A stretch of 64,000 nucleotides of DNA from an uncultured Acidobacteriota bacterium (GTDB lineage Bacteria > Acidobacteriota > UBA6911): assembly GCA_963809485.1 (NCBI GenBank), contig CAWEJX010000008.1, forward strand, positions 192,001-256,000, in the 5' to 3' direction. Under the pieces are notes generated by a model. That model saw nothing but the letters and a program-made list of their open reading frames with translations. It was not told the origin of the DNA and ran no database searches. A program made the translations under genes and the position numbers. Shown piece after piece: positions 52,267 to 63,898 of the stretch (the stretch's first letter is position 1; every line of letters begins with the position of its first letter).

Positions 52267-54792
52267 GCGCCGGCGACGGCTCATCCCGCCTCCCGAAAAA
52301 TTGCGGTTAGAGGTTGTCCGCGTCTGTCCCATGGACCGGGCATCCCACTGGCGATTCAGGTTCTGGATTTCCTGACTACCAAGCATTTGCTGGGACTGCA
52401 TTTGCGCCGCTTGGCGATTCTGTTGGGTCCCGCGCTGCGCGGCAGCGTCCCGTGCCGCCCCGGTTCTGCTCTGCGCGTCGGCGCCGGCCGCGGACCTGTC
52501 CACTGAATTCCAGCCGCTTCCGGAGTTTTGCTCCCAACCGTCCGCCCCTTTTCGGTAGACGGTGCCGTCTTTTGCCGCATATACGCTGTCGCCAACCCTG
52601 GCAACAGCGCCGTTTTCACCGCGAAGGTAGGCGGCGCTGCCGCTCTCGCCCGAATCCGCGTTGCCCATGGTGATGCGGCCGCCTGTAACTGTATTTCCCG
52701 TGGCGCCGCTCGTGACCGAACCCCTGCTTCCATAGGCATAGTTGTCTGTATAGACGTTGTAAACGCCGGCACGCTGACCCGCGGCGATGTTGCCGTTTCT
52801 CGAGTTATAGGACATCCCCACCTGATTCGCCCACTGGTTTCCGGTCCAGGCATTGAAGCCCTGTGAGGTGCGCGTGACCGCGCCCGTATCGCCGTAACGG
52901 TGGTAGACGTTCCCTGTGGTCGCGGCAAAACCGCCGGGTCCCCATGCTACTGCCCCTCCGGGCCCCCACGCTACCCCGCCGTAAACGGGCACATAGTACG
53001 GGTAGGGGTAGTAGTATCCCCAACCTACCGGTCCCCACCAGGGGTATGGTCCCCAGCCCCAGCCCATCGGATACATGGGATAACCCCAAGACCAGCCGAA
53101 GCCGTAGCTGACCGCCCAACCGTTCCAGGGCGTGTAGGTGATGCTGCTTCCGCAGCCATAGGTAACCGGAGGCCCGAACCAGGTCGCACCCACCCATGGG
53201 GTATATGTGTAGCCCGTTCCGTACACCACGACGTATCCGGAACCCTGGGTCACTACGGTTCCGTAATATCCGGGCGTATAGCCGACATCCACTGTGGTCG
53301 TAGTGGAGCCGTAAACTTTCACATATGTGACATAATGCAGCGGCGCACTTGGCGGAATCTCATAAATCACGCCTGGAACGGAATCCGCGACAATCCAGGG
53401 ACCTTTGACGGATTCCGCCTTGAACCAGACGCCATTCTCAACGGCGTAGAACGTTTTGGCATCTACCCGGATTATGGGGGTGGCCGTATTGGCCGCATAT
53501 TGGAGGGGGGTGTCTTCCAACGGCTTGAGCTGAGGCTCGCCGTCGAATTGCGGCGGATTGAGCTTGACATCGCTGCGGCTGACTGTGGCGGTTTGCGGGA
53601 TATGAGCCGCTATCACCGCCTCCAACGCCTGCTGTGTGCCGGGAATGCTCGCCTTTACGTTTTCCTTCGGGCTGTCATCGGGAATTTTCAAAAAATCCGC
53701 CGGAAGCTTTCCCCCGGGAACAAATTCCCATGATCCCTTGCCGGAATCCGAGCGGAACCATCGTCCCGAGATTAAGGCATAGAGCTTGCTTTCCTGGTTG
53801 TCCCTGAAGAGGTGACCCGTGGTATTTTCTGCATAGGTCAGGTTGGTTCCAGGTATGGATACGAATTTCGGCGCTCCTTCGGTGACGATCAGTTCGGTCG
53901 GCGTGGTGGCCATGTAAACCACGGGAACGGGCTTCTTGGAAAGCGACGGCGGCGGCAGCTTGCTCTCCGGATCCGCTTTTCCTTCGAGGAGATCGACCTG
54001 GCCGGCCGCAATCGCTTCCTTCATGACCGCTGCAAGTACCTCCGGGGGCTTTTTGCACACTTTCCACGGACCCCCGAAAGCCTTCGATTCCATCCATCCG
54101 TCAAAAAGATGGAAATAGAATTTCCCGACCGTGTCCTTCAGGATCAGCGGGCGCGCGTTGACTACTCGAGTCAATGCCAGGTTCCCTACCGGGCGGTATG
54201 CCGGCGGACCATCCACATAGACGAGAATGGCCGGGACTTCAGAGTGAATGATCGCGGGCGGATCATTTTTCAAGGGGTATGCTTTGAATTTGTGCTCCGC
54301 TTCCATGACTGTGAGCGCAGTCTCGAAGCGGTCGAGCGAGATCTGCCGGACTTTCGGTATCACGTTGCTTTGCAGGATCCCAAGGTAGGATTCCTCACTA
54401 TCAGGGCTGGAGGGGAAAATTGCCTTAACGATTTTCACATCCACGAACTCGACCATGCGGGTTGATTTGTCAATGCTGGCACCGGCCGTCGCCCGCACTG
54501 CGCCATACAGCGTCTTGTCGCGTCCCTCGACCTTAACCTCGACGGCGGACAGCACCTCGACATTGCGGCCATCCCATGAATCTAACTGCGGCTGATGGAC
54601 TATAAACGTTGCATCGCCGCTTTTGATTTCCCGCGGCCAGGTGTCTTCGTCCGGAACCTGATCGGCCGGTTGCTGGGCTTTTGCCGCGCCGTTGACCTGA
54701 GAGGCTCCGTGTATCCATTCCCAGTTGAAAGCGCCAAGGAGCAAACTTCCTGTTGCCAGCATGATGAGAGCGAAACGCGGATGATTTAACAT
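52264..54792 (-). CDS. Large secreted protein with Tyr/Trp/Gly/Pro-rich repeats and low-complexity tail
   Basis: Signal peptide, WPREI..QPQLDSW, SGRWFR, VGYTPGY, WGWGPYPWWGP segment. Confidence 0.75.
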   Translation of the reverse strand: MLNHPRFALIMLATGSLLLGAFNWEWIHGASQVNGAAKAQQPADQVPDEDTWPREIKSGDATFIVHQPQLDSWDGRNVEVLSAVEVKVEGRDKTLYGAVRATAGASIDKSTRMVEFVDVKIVKAIFPSSPDSEESYLGILQSNVIPKVRQISLDRFETALTVMEAEHKFKAYPLKNDPPAIIHSEVPAILVYVDGPPAYRPVGNLALTRVVNARPLILKDTVGKFYFHLFDGWMESKAFGGPWKVCKKPPEVLAAVMKEAIAAGQVDLLEGKADPESKLPPPSLSKKPVPVVYMATTPTELIVTEGAPKFVSIPGTNLTYAENTTGHLFRDNQESKLYALISGRWFRSDSGKGSWEFVPGGKLPADFLKIPDDSPKENVKASIPGTQQALEAVIAAHIPQTATVSRSDVKLNPPQFDGEPQLKPLEDTPLQYAANTATPIIRVDAKTFYAVENGVWFKAESVKGPWIVADSVPGVIYEIPPSAPLHYVTYVKVYGSTTTTVDVGYTPGYYGTVVTQGSGYVVVYGTGYTYTPWVGATWFGPPVTYGCGSSITYTPWNGWAVSYGFGWSWGYPMYPMGWGWGPYPWWGPVGWGYYYPYPYYVPVYGGVAWGPGGAVAWGPGGFAATTGNVYHRYGDTGAVTRTSQGFNAWTGNQWANQVGMSYNSRNGNIAAGQRAGVYNVYTDNYAYGSRGSVTSGATGNTVTGGRITMGNADSGESGSAAYLRGENGAVARVGDSVYAAKDGTVYRKGADGWEQNSGSGWNSVDRSAAGADAQSRTGAARDAAAQRGTQQNRQAAQMQSQQMLGSQEIQNLNRQWDARSMGQTRTTSNRNFSGGGMSRRRR

Positions 54793-54867
54793 GCATACCT
54801 CCCGATGAGGGTAGAACTATATCAGTTTTACAGGAATAGGGATCCTTCACATTTCAATCCTCTGCGC

Positions 54868-56584
54868 TTACAGTTTTTGAGGATCGGGCGGGGCCTCAGG
54901 TTCGGTGTAAAACTCGTGGTCCGGCAGTTTGTCTTCTTCACGCCACTTGCGCACCTTCATTGCAGCCTCGTCAGCCTTCCCGGAATCGAGCGGCTCATCT
55001 CTGGTAACGTAAGTGGTTTGGGACGGGAAAGCGATGCTCGTTCCGCTCTTAGCTATTATGTCCATAATCCGAAACAGAAGGTCTTCCTGGACTGCGAGGA
55101 ACTCGGGCACTCCGGCCGCCTTGATATAGGCGAAGATTTCAAGATCCAGAGAAGAGCTGCTCAACCCGACGAACCGGATCCTGGCATCATCCGGATCCAC
55201 CTTCGAATGCCCGCGGAGCATTGTGCGAACCTCGCCAAGCACATATCGCAGCTGGTCCGCCGAGGTTTCATATCGGAGCCCGATCATGTGACGGAACCAG
55301 AATTTATCCCGCATGGAATAGTTCTCGATATTCATTACGGCCAATTGACCATTCGGGATTGCGACAACCGTACGCGAGGGCGTACGGATGCGCGTGGACC
55401 GAATGCCGATGTCCTCAACGGTTCCCAGTTGATCCCCAATCCTGCAGAAGTCGCCCACGCGTATGGGTTCGTCGGAGATGATCATCATGCCGCCGAACAG
55501 GTTCTCGAGCGTCTTTTGGGCCCCCAATGCAACCGCAATACCTCCGACGCCGAGCCCGGTCAGGACTGCGGTCAGGTTTGCGCCCGCGCTATGCAAAAGA
55601 AGGAGGCCTGCCATTACGACTACGGCTGCCTTCAGCAGCCGGCCTAAAAGAGCCCACATTGCGATCTTGCCCTGCATCTGCCGCATCACCAGGTGCCTTG
55701 CGTGCAACGCCGACAGGATTCCTATAAGCTTGATCGCCAGCCATGCCGTACCGACCAGGGCTACCGTGCCGCCCGCGTTTCTCCAGAATTGGCGCATATA
55801 GAGCGTCGCGGACAGGTTTGAAAAAAGAAAAATGACAACGGAGATGAGCACCACACGTATCGGGGCTTTTATGGATGCAAGCCCGCGTTCATCTTCCTCC
55901 CCCGTCAGGCGTCGAAGCGCACGGCGAAGCAACGGGGAAAGCGCACGTGTAACCATCGAGCCGATGGCAATAGCAATGACGAGCGCCAGTACAAAGGCGA
56001 TCCAGCGATAGAGGGGAATCGAAAACAGCTTTGTCTGCACCAGCGACTGTGGAATATGTTTCTCAATCGCCCAATGTGTTGGTCTCTTCGGCCGCTCCGG
56101 GGATGAGGGCCAATGTTTCAGACGCAAACAGCCATATTGCGCCCTGCCCTTCACGTTCCACCCGATCCAGGAGGATATCCAGTTTGCCGGAACTTGTGTC
56201 GATGGTCCCGACCCGTTCCTGCGCATTTTCAAGTCCGTCTGCAAGTTCTCCCTCGGGTTTTCTGCTGAGCCTGGCAAGATCAACCTTCAAATGCCAATCC
56301 AGGACGGTCTGGAGCTGTTGCGCGAGTTTCTGCGCCTGCTCGCCTTTCTTTCGTGTGTGCAGGTATTGCGCGGCCTGAACGTAGTCGCCGAGTTCGGCGG
56401 ATCGGACGAAACCCTTCACCGCGCCGTAGGGCGTGGACCGGCCCAGGAGATCCTCGCCCGCCTTCTGCTTGGAGGCATCGGGCTGGATCCCAAGTGTCTT
56501 TGAAAGCTGTGCAGGGACAGGCCGGACCAGAATCGCGCTCATAACAATTATGAACACCGGCGCGAAAATCCATAACCGTTTCAT
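54868..56584 (-). CDS. MscS-family mechanosensitive channel with periplasmic N-domain (frameshift near 56075)
   Basis: GLGVGGIAVALGAQKTLENLFGG, IRVGD..GTVEDIGIRSTRIRT..IPN, AFPSQT. Confidence 0.92.
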
Positions 56585-56773
56585 ATCTGCCTCATTTATT
56601 GTTTTTATAAGCTTACTGCAATGTCTTGCCAATTCGTCCGTGTTCCTCAGCGCTTTTGTCAGCGTAGGTCAGCGTTGCTGATTTGCTGGAGCTATTACGC
56701 TTCATCAATCCCGCATAATGTGCTCCGGCATATTTGCCCTCTCTGCACCGATCTGAATCTTCTGCATTGGCCC

Positions 56774-57541
56774 CTATTTTGCCTGCTCTTTAAAGAATCG
56801 ACGTTGGTCACTTTCAAAATGATAGAGTTTCGCTACCTCGATTCGCTTGGCCAGGAAGCTGCAGCATAGGATACCAGCCAACATACCCAGTAGTGGACCC
56901 GCCCAATAGATCCACCATCCTTGCCACTGCCCCGAGATTACGGCCGGACCGAAGCTGCGGGCCGGATTTGTGCTTGTCCCTGAAATAGACGCCTCCAAAG
57001 GCACCATGACGGCATAAAGGACTGGCATCATCAGGGGCGTGAACGGACGAATTACTCTGAAACCAAGAAAAAGACACAAGGTGACTATCAACGCCATCGT
57101 TGTGACAGCCTCGCCCATCAGCACCGTAACTGTGCCGTAGCCCTGGCCGGGCAGCGTGGCACCGAACGCAACACTCCTTCCCATGGAGCCCCAGATCATC
57201 AGCGGCAGGCAGCCGATAAACGCTCCTGCCAGTTGCACTATGATATAGGCCAGAGTGGTACGCAAGTTAAGCTTGCCCATAAGACGGAATGCGAGAGTGA
57301 CGGCCGGATTAATATGAGCACCGCTGACTTTGCCGATAGGGGATATGGCAATCGACGCCCCGATACATCCAAACAGGAAACCGGTGATCATCTGCCTGAC
57401 TTTAATATTCGGGATGATTTGGGCTGCAAGGCTGCCCTCGCCAAACATAATTATTACCAGCGAAAGCCCAAAAAACAGCAGGAGCGCTGTGCCGACAAAC
57501 TCAGCCAGATATTCTCGCCAATGCAAGGTCCAGTTCGTCAT
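56774..57541 (-). CDS. Aquaporin/MIP family channel
   Basis: AEFVGT, SGAHINPAVT, GTSTNPARSFGP, WIYWAGP. Confidence 0.93.
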   Translation of the reverse strand: MTNWTLHWREYLAEFVGTALLLFFGLSLVIIMFGEGSLAAQIIPNIKVRQMITGFLFGCIGASIAISPIGKVSGAHINPAVTLAFRLMGKLNLRTTLAYIIVQLAGAFIGCLPLMIWGSMGRSVAFGATLPGQGYGTVTVLMGEAVTTMALIVTLCLFLGFRVIRPFTPLMMPVLYAVMVPLEASISGTSTNPARSFGPAVISGQWQGWWIYWAGPLLGMLAGILCCSFLAKRIEVAKLYHFESDQRRFFKEQAK

Positions 57542-57995
57542 ATATGTCACCCGGTTGACGGTCCAGTGAACGACGGAACCAGCAATCATCCGTCTATTTT
57601 GAATTTTTTCAGCAGGTGAAAATCGGCTGCCGGCCGCATTCACAGGGGTTTCCTTCCCGCGCCCTTTGTCCGCCGTTGTGGACTTTCACCTGCCTTATAT
57701 TATCCGATCATTTCCAGGGCGACGAACTGTAACTTATGACAGTAGCTTTATGACCCTGCCAGGATTTATCAAGATGCCGTGGCAAGCGGAGATATCGGCA
57801 GCGCATGATGCGCCCTGAATTGCACTCATTGGAGCGTCAATCGGCTGGTGATGCAAACGAAGCCCGGGCGCGATCAGCAGTGAAACGAGCCGGATGCAAT
57901 AGGAACAGTCTCGCGAATACGGATCTCCATGGATTTCGAACCGTGAAAATCCGTGCAAATCTGTGTCCTGAAAATCGATACTAAAGCGGAATTCC

Positions 57996-58667
57996 ATGAA
58001 AAAAGTCTGGACACATCTTTTCCTGTTGATGTTGGTGGGGAGCTCCGCGGTTCTGGCGGAGGATTTCAAACGATTCGAATTCCAGCCTTTTGGCGGATAC
58101 ACCGTCAGCGGAAGCATCCCTCTGATGGGCGATGACGATGTTCAGCACGGATCCATCCATGTGAATAGTTCGTATAATGCCGGCGCAGCCTTTGCCATCA
58201 ATCTCAATGCGCTGGATGCGGTGGAATTGTTCTGGCAAAGACAATTTACGGAAGGCCGGCTGCCGGCGGAAATAATTGTCCCTGTTTCATCGGGAGACCC
58301 CGCCGCGTTCAATCTGAAAATCGACCAGTATCACTGCAATTTCCTGCATCACTATGAAATTTCCGTTCCCAATGCGCTGCCTTATGTCATGGCGGGCGTG
58401 GGGATAACCACCTACTATGCCCATCGCAGCGTGCAGAGCGGTTCAAGGTCATATTTCTCTTTTTCCCTGGGAGGGGGGATAAAATACTTTGTCACCCGCC
58501 ATATCGGATTTCGCGGCGAAGCCCGCTGGAGCCCGACGCTGGTGTCGGCCTCGGACAGCAGCTTTTGGTGCAGTATCGGCGGTGCGGGCGGCGCCTGCGT
58601 GATTCATCTGAAAACCGCTATGCAGGACCAACTGGATGTGACGGGAGGCATTATATTTCGGTTCTAG
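57996..58667 (+). CDS. OmpA-like/8-stranded outer-membrane beta-barrel
   Basis: Signal peptide, PYVMAGVG, LGGGIKYF, GFRGEAR, terminal GIIFRF. Confidence 0.8.
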   Translation: MKKVWTHLFLLMLVGSSAVLAEDFKRFEFQPFGGYTVSGSIPLMGDDDVQHGSIHVNSSYNAGAAFAINLNALDAVELFWQRQFTEGRLPAEIIVPVSSGDPAAFNLKIDQYHCNFLHHYEISVPNALPYVMAGVGITTYYAHRSVQSGSRSYFSFSLGGGIKYFVTRHIGFRGEARWSPTLVSASDSSFWCSIGGAGGACVIHLKTAMQDQLDVTGGIIFRF

Positions 58668-59009
58668 CGGGTCCAACGTGTCGTCCACGCCGTAACGGCC
58701 GCGCAATTGCGGTGACAGGTGTCTCCCGGTCCACATCGACAATGGAGAGGCCTGTAAATCTTGACAGTACGCAGTTTCACACCTAACCACTAGGATATGG
58801 AATTGATTTGTGATAGGTTTGGAGCTACTCCTTTAGCCATAAATGGAAAATGGTGATTGAGTTTTAGTAAAAGCAGCAAAATTATGCCAGAAGGCTTTGG
58901 AGCCTGCGTGCCACAGCCTGAAGCATCGATCAAACGCAGGACGGCAGTCGGGCGTCAGCGCCGACAAAATCATCCGGTGCGAAGCGATCCAAGGCGGAGC
59001 AAATTACCT

Positions 59010-60230
59010 ATGAAACTATTTAGACCGATATGGATGGCACTTGCCATGATTGGAGCCGTGCATGTTCTCCTGTGGACTCCGGTGGGGAGGGCTCAGGAGA
59101 GTCGCGCGAATTCCATAGCAAAACAGCAGGAAGACAAATCCAAGCAACTCCAGCCCGAGGTGCAGGATCGGGTCGAGCTGTTCATAAAAAAGTTGACGGA
59201 GGGTGGGTGGTTCTTCAGCGCGACTCCTCGGGGCTTATACCCGTATTTCGACAGCGTCTACTCGGGCGGCGGCTTCACCCTGGGCGCGGGTTACCGGAAA
59301 TATGTCGGGGATTACGCGTTCACGGAGGCGCGCGGCTTATACTCCTTCAAAAACTACAAGAGGATCGAGTTGCGGGCAGTATCGCCGAATCATGCGGCGG
59401 GGCTTCTCGACCTTGAAGCCACAGGCGGATGGATGGATGCCACGCAGATTCCTTACTACGGGCTGGGAATCGATTCGAGCAAAGACGCCGCGTCCAACTT
59501 CCGATTGCAGCAGACTTACATGAAAGGGGGGGTCACCCTGAAGCCGGCCCAGTGGTTTCACTTCCGGGCGACGACGGGCTATGACAAGTATTCGGAGAAG
59601 GAAGGCACGGGCGAATCTCCCACTGTTGGGGATCTTTACGGGCCCGCGACGGCGCCTGCCTTTAACGCCGATCCTTCGTACGTTCACACGGAAGCATCCG
59701 CATCCATTGTAACGGCGCCAGCAGAAGGGTATGCGCGCCGAGGCGGCGTTTACCGGTTCACATTGCACGATTACAGGAATGTGGCGGGGGAGCTTGATAG
59801 CTTCCAGGTGACGCGCGCAGAGGCGGTGCAGCACATCCCGATTCTGCGGGAAACATGGGTTCTCTCGTTTCGTGGCCGGCTGGAATCGGCGCATGGGCCT
59901 TACGAGGACATGCCTTATTACTTGTTGCCGTGGATTGGCAGCGGATCGACCCTGCGCGGCTATGGCACGGGCCGGTTTCGCGACAAGCACAGCCTGCTGA
60001 TGTCGGGTGAATGGAGGTGGATCCCGAACCGCTTCGCGGTGGACATGGCTCTGTTCTGCGATGCGGGAATGGTTGCTCCCCGTTTCAAGGACCTTCACTT
60101 CAGCGATCTGAAATACGACTACGGCGTCGGCATTCGATTTCACGGCCCGGCCATGACTCCGTTGAGATTCGACATTGCACACGGCGACGAGGGATTTCAC
60201 TTCGTTATCTCTTCCTCAGCCCCTTTCTAA
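59010..60230 (+). CDS. Omp85/BamA-TamA family barrel without POTRA domains
   Basis: Signal peptide, TLRGYGTGRFRD, GEWRW, FCDAG, YGVGIRF..LRFDIA, terminal F. Confidence 0.82.
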   Translation: MKLFRPIWMALAMIGAVHVLLWTPVGRAQESRANSIAKQQEDKSKQLQPEVQDRVELFIKKLTEGGWFFSATPRGLYPYFDSVYSGGGFTLGAGYRKYVGDYAFTEARGLYSFKNYKRIELRAVSPNHAAGLLDLEATGGWMDATQIPYYGLGIDSSKDAASNFRLQQTYMKGGVTLKPAQWFHFRATTGYDKYSEKEGTGESPTVGDLYGPATAPAFNADPSYVHTEASASIVTAPAEGYARRGGVYRFTLHDYRNVAGELDSFQVTRAEAVQHIPILRETWVLSFRGRLESAHGPYEDMPYYLLPWIGSGSTLRGYGTGRFRDKHSLLMSGEWRWIPNRFAVDMALFCDAGMVAPRFKDLHFSDLKYDYGVGIRFHGPAMTPLRFDIAHGDEGFHFVISSSAPF

Positions 60231-60251
60231 GGACAACCGGGAGATCTATAT

Positions 60252-61928
60252 ATGAATACTCAAACATTTATGAAACATGGAAGGCTGACACAGGCTGCAG
60301 CAATTATGCTGCTTGTGCTTGCCTCGCTGGCGAGCCCGGTTGGTGCGCAGCAGCCTAAATTCTACGATGATGACCCGATCGCGACGGAACCCAACATGTT
60401 CGACGCCTCCGGCGCTCTGGATCGCGACATTGACCTCATGTACGATCTGGCCAGGAACCTTTTTGCGGTGCCGCGAAATCCCACCCTGGTTCGGGCCAAG
60501 AACATCAATTCCATCGACGAAGTGCCCGATTCCGAATGGTTCACCAACCGTATCCTGGCCAGGCCGGTGAGTATTGATGAAGCGGTGAAAGGTCCCGACA
60601 CCAGCCAGGGCCCGGCGCCTGGTAAATTGATTGTTACACGTGCCAAGCGCTCCGGTGTAACCCCGGGATTCACGGTTAAAGACAGCGCCGGCGAGACATG
60701 GTTTATTCAGTTCGATGCTCCAGGACAGTCGGAGGCCGCAAGCGGCGCAACCGTCGTCGCTACAAAGCTATTTCATGCCCTGGGCTACTTCCAATCGGAA
60801 AACTACATCGGCTATCTCGATCCGTCCAACCTGGAAATCGACGCGAAGGCCAAGGTCGATACGCCCTCGGGGCGAGTGCGGGCCATGAAGATGGATGACA
60901 TTAGCAAGGTCCTCTCTCGAGCGGATAAACGGCCGGATGGCACGTACCGCATGCTTGCCAGCCGCAGCATTCCTGGCAGGATTATAGGCGGGTTCAAGTA
61001 TGCAGGGACGCGGAAGGACGATCCCAACGACATCGTGCCGCATGAGCACAGGCGCGAGTTGCGCGCTCTCAAGGTGTTTGGGGCGTGGACGAACCTTGTG
61101 GATATGAAGGCCGGCAATACTCTGGATACGGTGCTGACGCAAAACGGGCGCGGCATTATCCGGCATTATCTGCAGGACGTCGGTTCCACGTTTGGTACCG
61201 GTGCCCTCGCTCCTCGCGAATGGGACGAGGGGTATGAGTATATCTCTGAAAGTGACAAGGCAATAAAGCGCCTCTATACTTTAGGCTTCTATCTCCAGCC
61301 CTGGCAGACCATCCCATACACGGAATACAAGTCCATTGGCCGCTTCGAGGGTGACTACTTCAAGCCGGAGGAGTGGAAGTCGCGCATACCTACGGCAGCC
61401 GCGCTCAACGCGCGCGCGGACGATAATTTCTGGGCTGCCCGCCGTGTGATGGCATTCACCGACGAAATGATCCGGGCTATTGTCAAGACGGGCCAATACA
61501 GCGATCCCGCTGCCGAGAAACACCTGGCGGATGTCCTGATAAAGCGTCGTGACAAAATTGGACAAGCCTACCTGCCGGCCGTGAATCCTCTGGTGAATTT
61601 CCGGCTGGATGAATCGGGTGTTCTGACGTTCGAAAATGCCGCTGTAAGCGCCGGATTTGTGACCGCCCCGCGCGGAGGATACGAAGCACGCTGGTACCGT
61701 TTCGATAACAATACGGGTGCGACCACTCCCATCAGCTCGACCACGGCGCCGCAAGGTTTAAAAATGCAGGCTCCTGCCGCTCTTCCCTCGGGCAACACCG
61801 AGTTCGTCAAGGTTGAAGTGGCCGCAATAGATCCACCCAACAGCTCATGGACTGTTCCCGTGCAAGCTTATTTCCGTAGGCTCGCAGCCGGGTGGAAACT
61901 TGTCGGCCTGCAGCGCCTGCCGGATTAG
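60252..61928 (+). CDS. Secreted hypothetical protein with atypical kinase-like motifs
   Basis: Signal peptide (..VGAQ), KRSGVTP loop, KLFHALGY, DMKAGNT, DVGSTFG. Confidence 0.65.
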   Translation: MNTQTFMKHGRLTQAAAIMLLVLASLASPVGAQQPKFYDDDPIATEPNMFDASGALDRDIDLMYDLARNLFAVPRNPTLVRAKNINSIDEVPDSEWFTNRILARPVSIDEAVKGPDTSQGPAPGKLIVTRAKRSGVTPGFTVKDSAGETWFIQFDAPGQSEAASGATVVATKLFHALGYFQSENYIGYLDPSNLEIDAKAKVDTPSGRVRAMKMDDISKVLSRADKRPDGTYRMLASRSIPGRIIGGFKYAGTRKDDPNDIVPHEHRRELRALKVFGAWTNLVDMKAGNTLDTVLTQNGRGIIRHYLQDVGSTFGTGALAPREWDEGYEYISESDKAIKRLYTLGFYLQPWQTIPYTEYKSIGRFEGDYFKPEEWKSRIPTAAALNARADDNFWAARRVMAFTDEMIRAIVKTGQYSDPAAEKHLADVLIKRRDKIGQAYLPAVNPLVNFRLDESGVLTFENAAVSAGFVTAPRGGYEARWYRFDNNTGATTPISSTTAPQGLKMQAPAALPSGNTEFVKVEVAAIDPPNSSWTVPVQAYFRRLAAGWKLVGLQRLPD

Positions 61929-61936
61929 GATTCGGA

Positions 61937-61979
61937 AACACGGACCTTCATGGAGACAAATCCGTGAAGGTCCGTGTTC
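61937..61979 (+). terminator. Hairpin after 60252-61928 (CACGGA-family palindrome)
   Basis: acacggaccttca..gga-gacaaa-tccgtgaaggtccgtgt. Confidence 0.5.
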
Positions 61980-62300
61980 CATCTCAGTTTTTGGCCTGAG
62001 CCAATCGACCCAAAATCCTTTGAAAAGCTGTAATGTATGATATTCATGCCGCGCTTCGCGGCGTCCAGGTTCGTTTCAGCGATTAGGCAGGGCGGCTATG
62101 CCGGCGTGCCTCGCCGGAAAAATCTGCATTAATCTGCGCTTTTTTCTCTTTGCCATTTCCCAAAAACCTTCGCTTCCCTATAAGTCTTAACGAGTTCCGA
62201 AGGTCCCGCACAGCAGTTTGCGGATTACAGCAGGGACCGGATCTGCTATATTTGCGACCACCCGGGCTTTTTAAGGGCATGAACTTTGGGAGGAAAACCG

Positions 62301-63827
62301 ATGAAGCGGCATGCAGCATTACCGGCCTTTCTAGTCACATCTCTGCTTCTGTTGGCAGCAGCCTGCACGAAAGATTCCACAGAACCGGCCGCCACGCCCC
62401 AAAAGGCAGAGAAACCGCCGGCCGCGGTCCCGAGCGAAACCCCGAGCGGGACGGAGGAAAGCGGCGCTGCGCTGCAAAGGCTAACTGCGCGCGAGCGTAT
62501 CCTCAACAAGTGGACGGGCGACCTGGACGGAATGATCCAGCGGCGCATCATTCGCGTCCTTACAACCTACTCTAAGACGCAATACTTTGTCGACCAGGGC
62601 ACCCAGCGCGGACTCGTCTTCGATACCGCCACCCAGTTCGAGGAAAACCTGAACAAAAAGCTCAAACAAAAGAACATCCGGGTGCACGTAATGATGCTTC
62701 CGGTCTCGCACGATGACCTCATTCCGGCATTGCTCGAAGGGCGGGGGGACATCGTGGCGGCCGGCACGATGATCACGGACCCGCGCAAGGAAAAGGTCGA
62801 CTTCACCAATCCGACCAGAACCGGTGTTTCGGCTATTGTCGTCACCGCACCCGATGCTCCCCCCGTTGCCAAAGTGGAAGACCTCGCGGGCAGGGAGGTG
62901 TACCTCCAGCTGTCCATGGTCTCCTCTCAGGGAATCAAACGCTTCAACGACCAGCTCGCCGGTAAAGGCCTGGCGCCCGTTAAGATCAAACCTGCACCCG
63001 AAGTTCTTGCCGAAGAGGACATTCTCGAGATGGTCAACGCCGGCCTCGTCAAAACAACCATCGCGTTCGACTACATCGCCGAGTTCTGGCAGCAGATATT
63101 CCCGAAGCTTGTCCTAAACAAGGGTGCAGCCGTCAAAACGGACGGCCAGATCGCCATGATGATTCGAAAGAACAGCCCTAAGCTCAAAACCGAATTGAAC
63201 GAGTTTATCGCCCTTTTCCCCGAAGGCTCCGCCCAACGCAACATGCTGCTTCAAAGGTATCTGAAGAGTGTCAAGTACGCGAAGGCCGCAACAGCCCGAA
63301 CGGAGGCAGCCAAGCTTGAGCGCACTCTCGCTTTCTTCCGCAAATACGGTGACAAATATGCCCTCGATTACCTGTTGATGATGGCACAGGGATACCAGGA
63401 ATCGCAGCTCGACCAGAATGCAAAGAGCCACGTAGGGGCGATCGGCGTGATGCAGGTTATGCCCGAAACCGGAAATGAATTGAAGGTCGGAGACATTACG
63501 AAACTTGAACCCAATATCCATGCCGGAGTAAAGTACATCCGCTTCATGATGGACAAGTATTATGCGAACGAGCCCATGGATCGTCTTAACAAGGGATTGT
63601 TCACCTTCGCATCCTACAATGCGGGCCCGGCGCGAATCAGCAAGCTGCGCACACAGGCGGCTGAACGCGGCTTCGATCCCAACAAATGGTTCAACAATGT
63701 GGAAGTCCTGGCAGCGGAATCCATCGGGCGCGAGACGGTGCAATACGTCGCCAGCATATATAAATACTATCTAGCCTACCAGATGTACGCGGAAGAGCAG
63801 GAACGCCGGCTTAAGGCGAAGCAGTAA
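62301..63827 (+). CDS. mltF: MltF-like lytic transglycosylase (substrate-binding + SLT domain), lipoprotein
   Basis: LAAAC lipobox, LLEGRGDIVAA, YQESQL, GAIGVMQVMP, ASYNAGP, ETVQYV. Confidence 0.85.
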   Translation: MKRHAALPAFLVTSLLLLAAACTKDSTEPAATPQKAEKPPAAVPSETPSGTEESGAALQRLTARERILNKWTGDLDGMIQRRIIRVLTTYSKTQYFVDQGTQRGLVFDTATQFEENLNKKLKQKNIRVHVMMLPVSHDDLIPALLEGRGDIVAAGTMITDPRKEKVDFTNPTRTGVSAIVVTAPDAPPVAKVEDLAGREVYLQLSMVSSQGIKRFNDQLAGKGLAPVKIKPAPEVLAEEDILEMVNAGLVKTTIAFDYIAEFWQQIFPKLVLNKGAAVKTDGQIAMMIRKNSPKLKTELNEFIALFPEGSAQRNMLLQRYLKSVKYAKAATARTEAAKLERTLAFFRKYGDKYALDYLLMMAQGYQESQLDQNAKSHVGAIGVMQVMPETGNELKVGDITKLEPNIHAGVKYIRFMMDKYYANEPMDRLNKGLFTFASYNAGPARISKLRTQAAERGFDPNKWFNNVEVLAAESIGRETVQYVASIYKYYLAYQMYAEEQERRLKAKQ

Positions 63828-63898
63828 AGATTATCGTTCGTCCGTGCCTTTTTCAGCGTATGGATGGGTTCGTTGGCCGGAGGAATGCAATCTCCGCC

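Noticed and set aside
56607-56623. TTGGCAAGACATTGCA upstream of MscS as a sigma-54 promoter
   Set aside because: GG-GC spacing is 9 nt, not the required 10.
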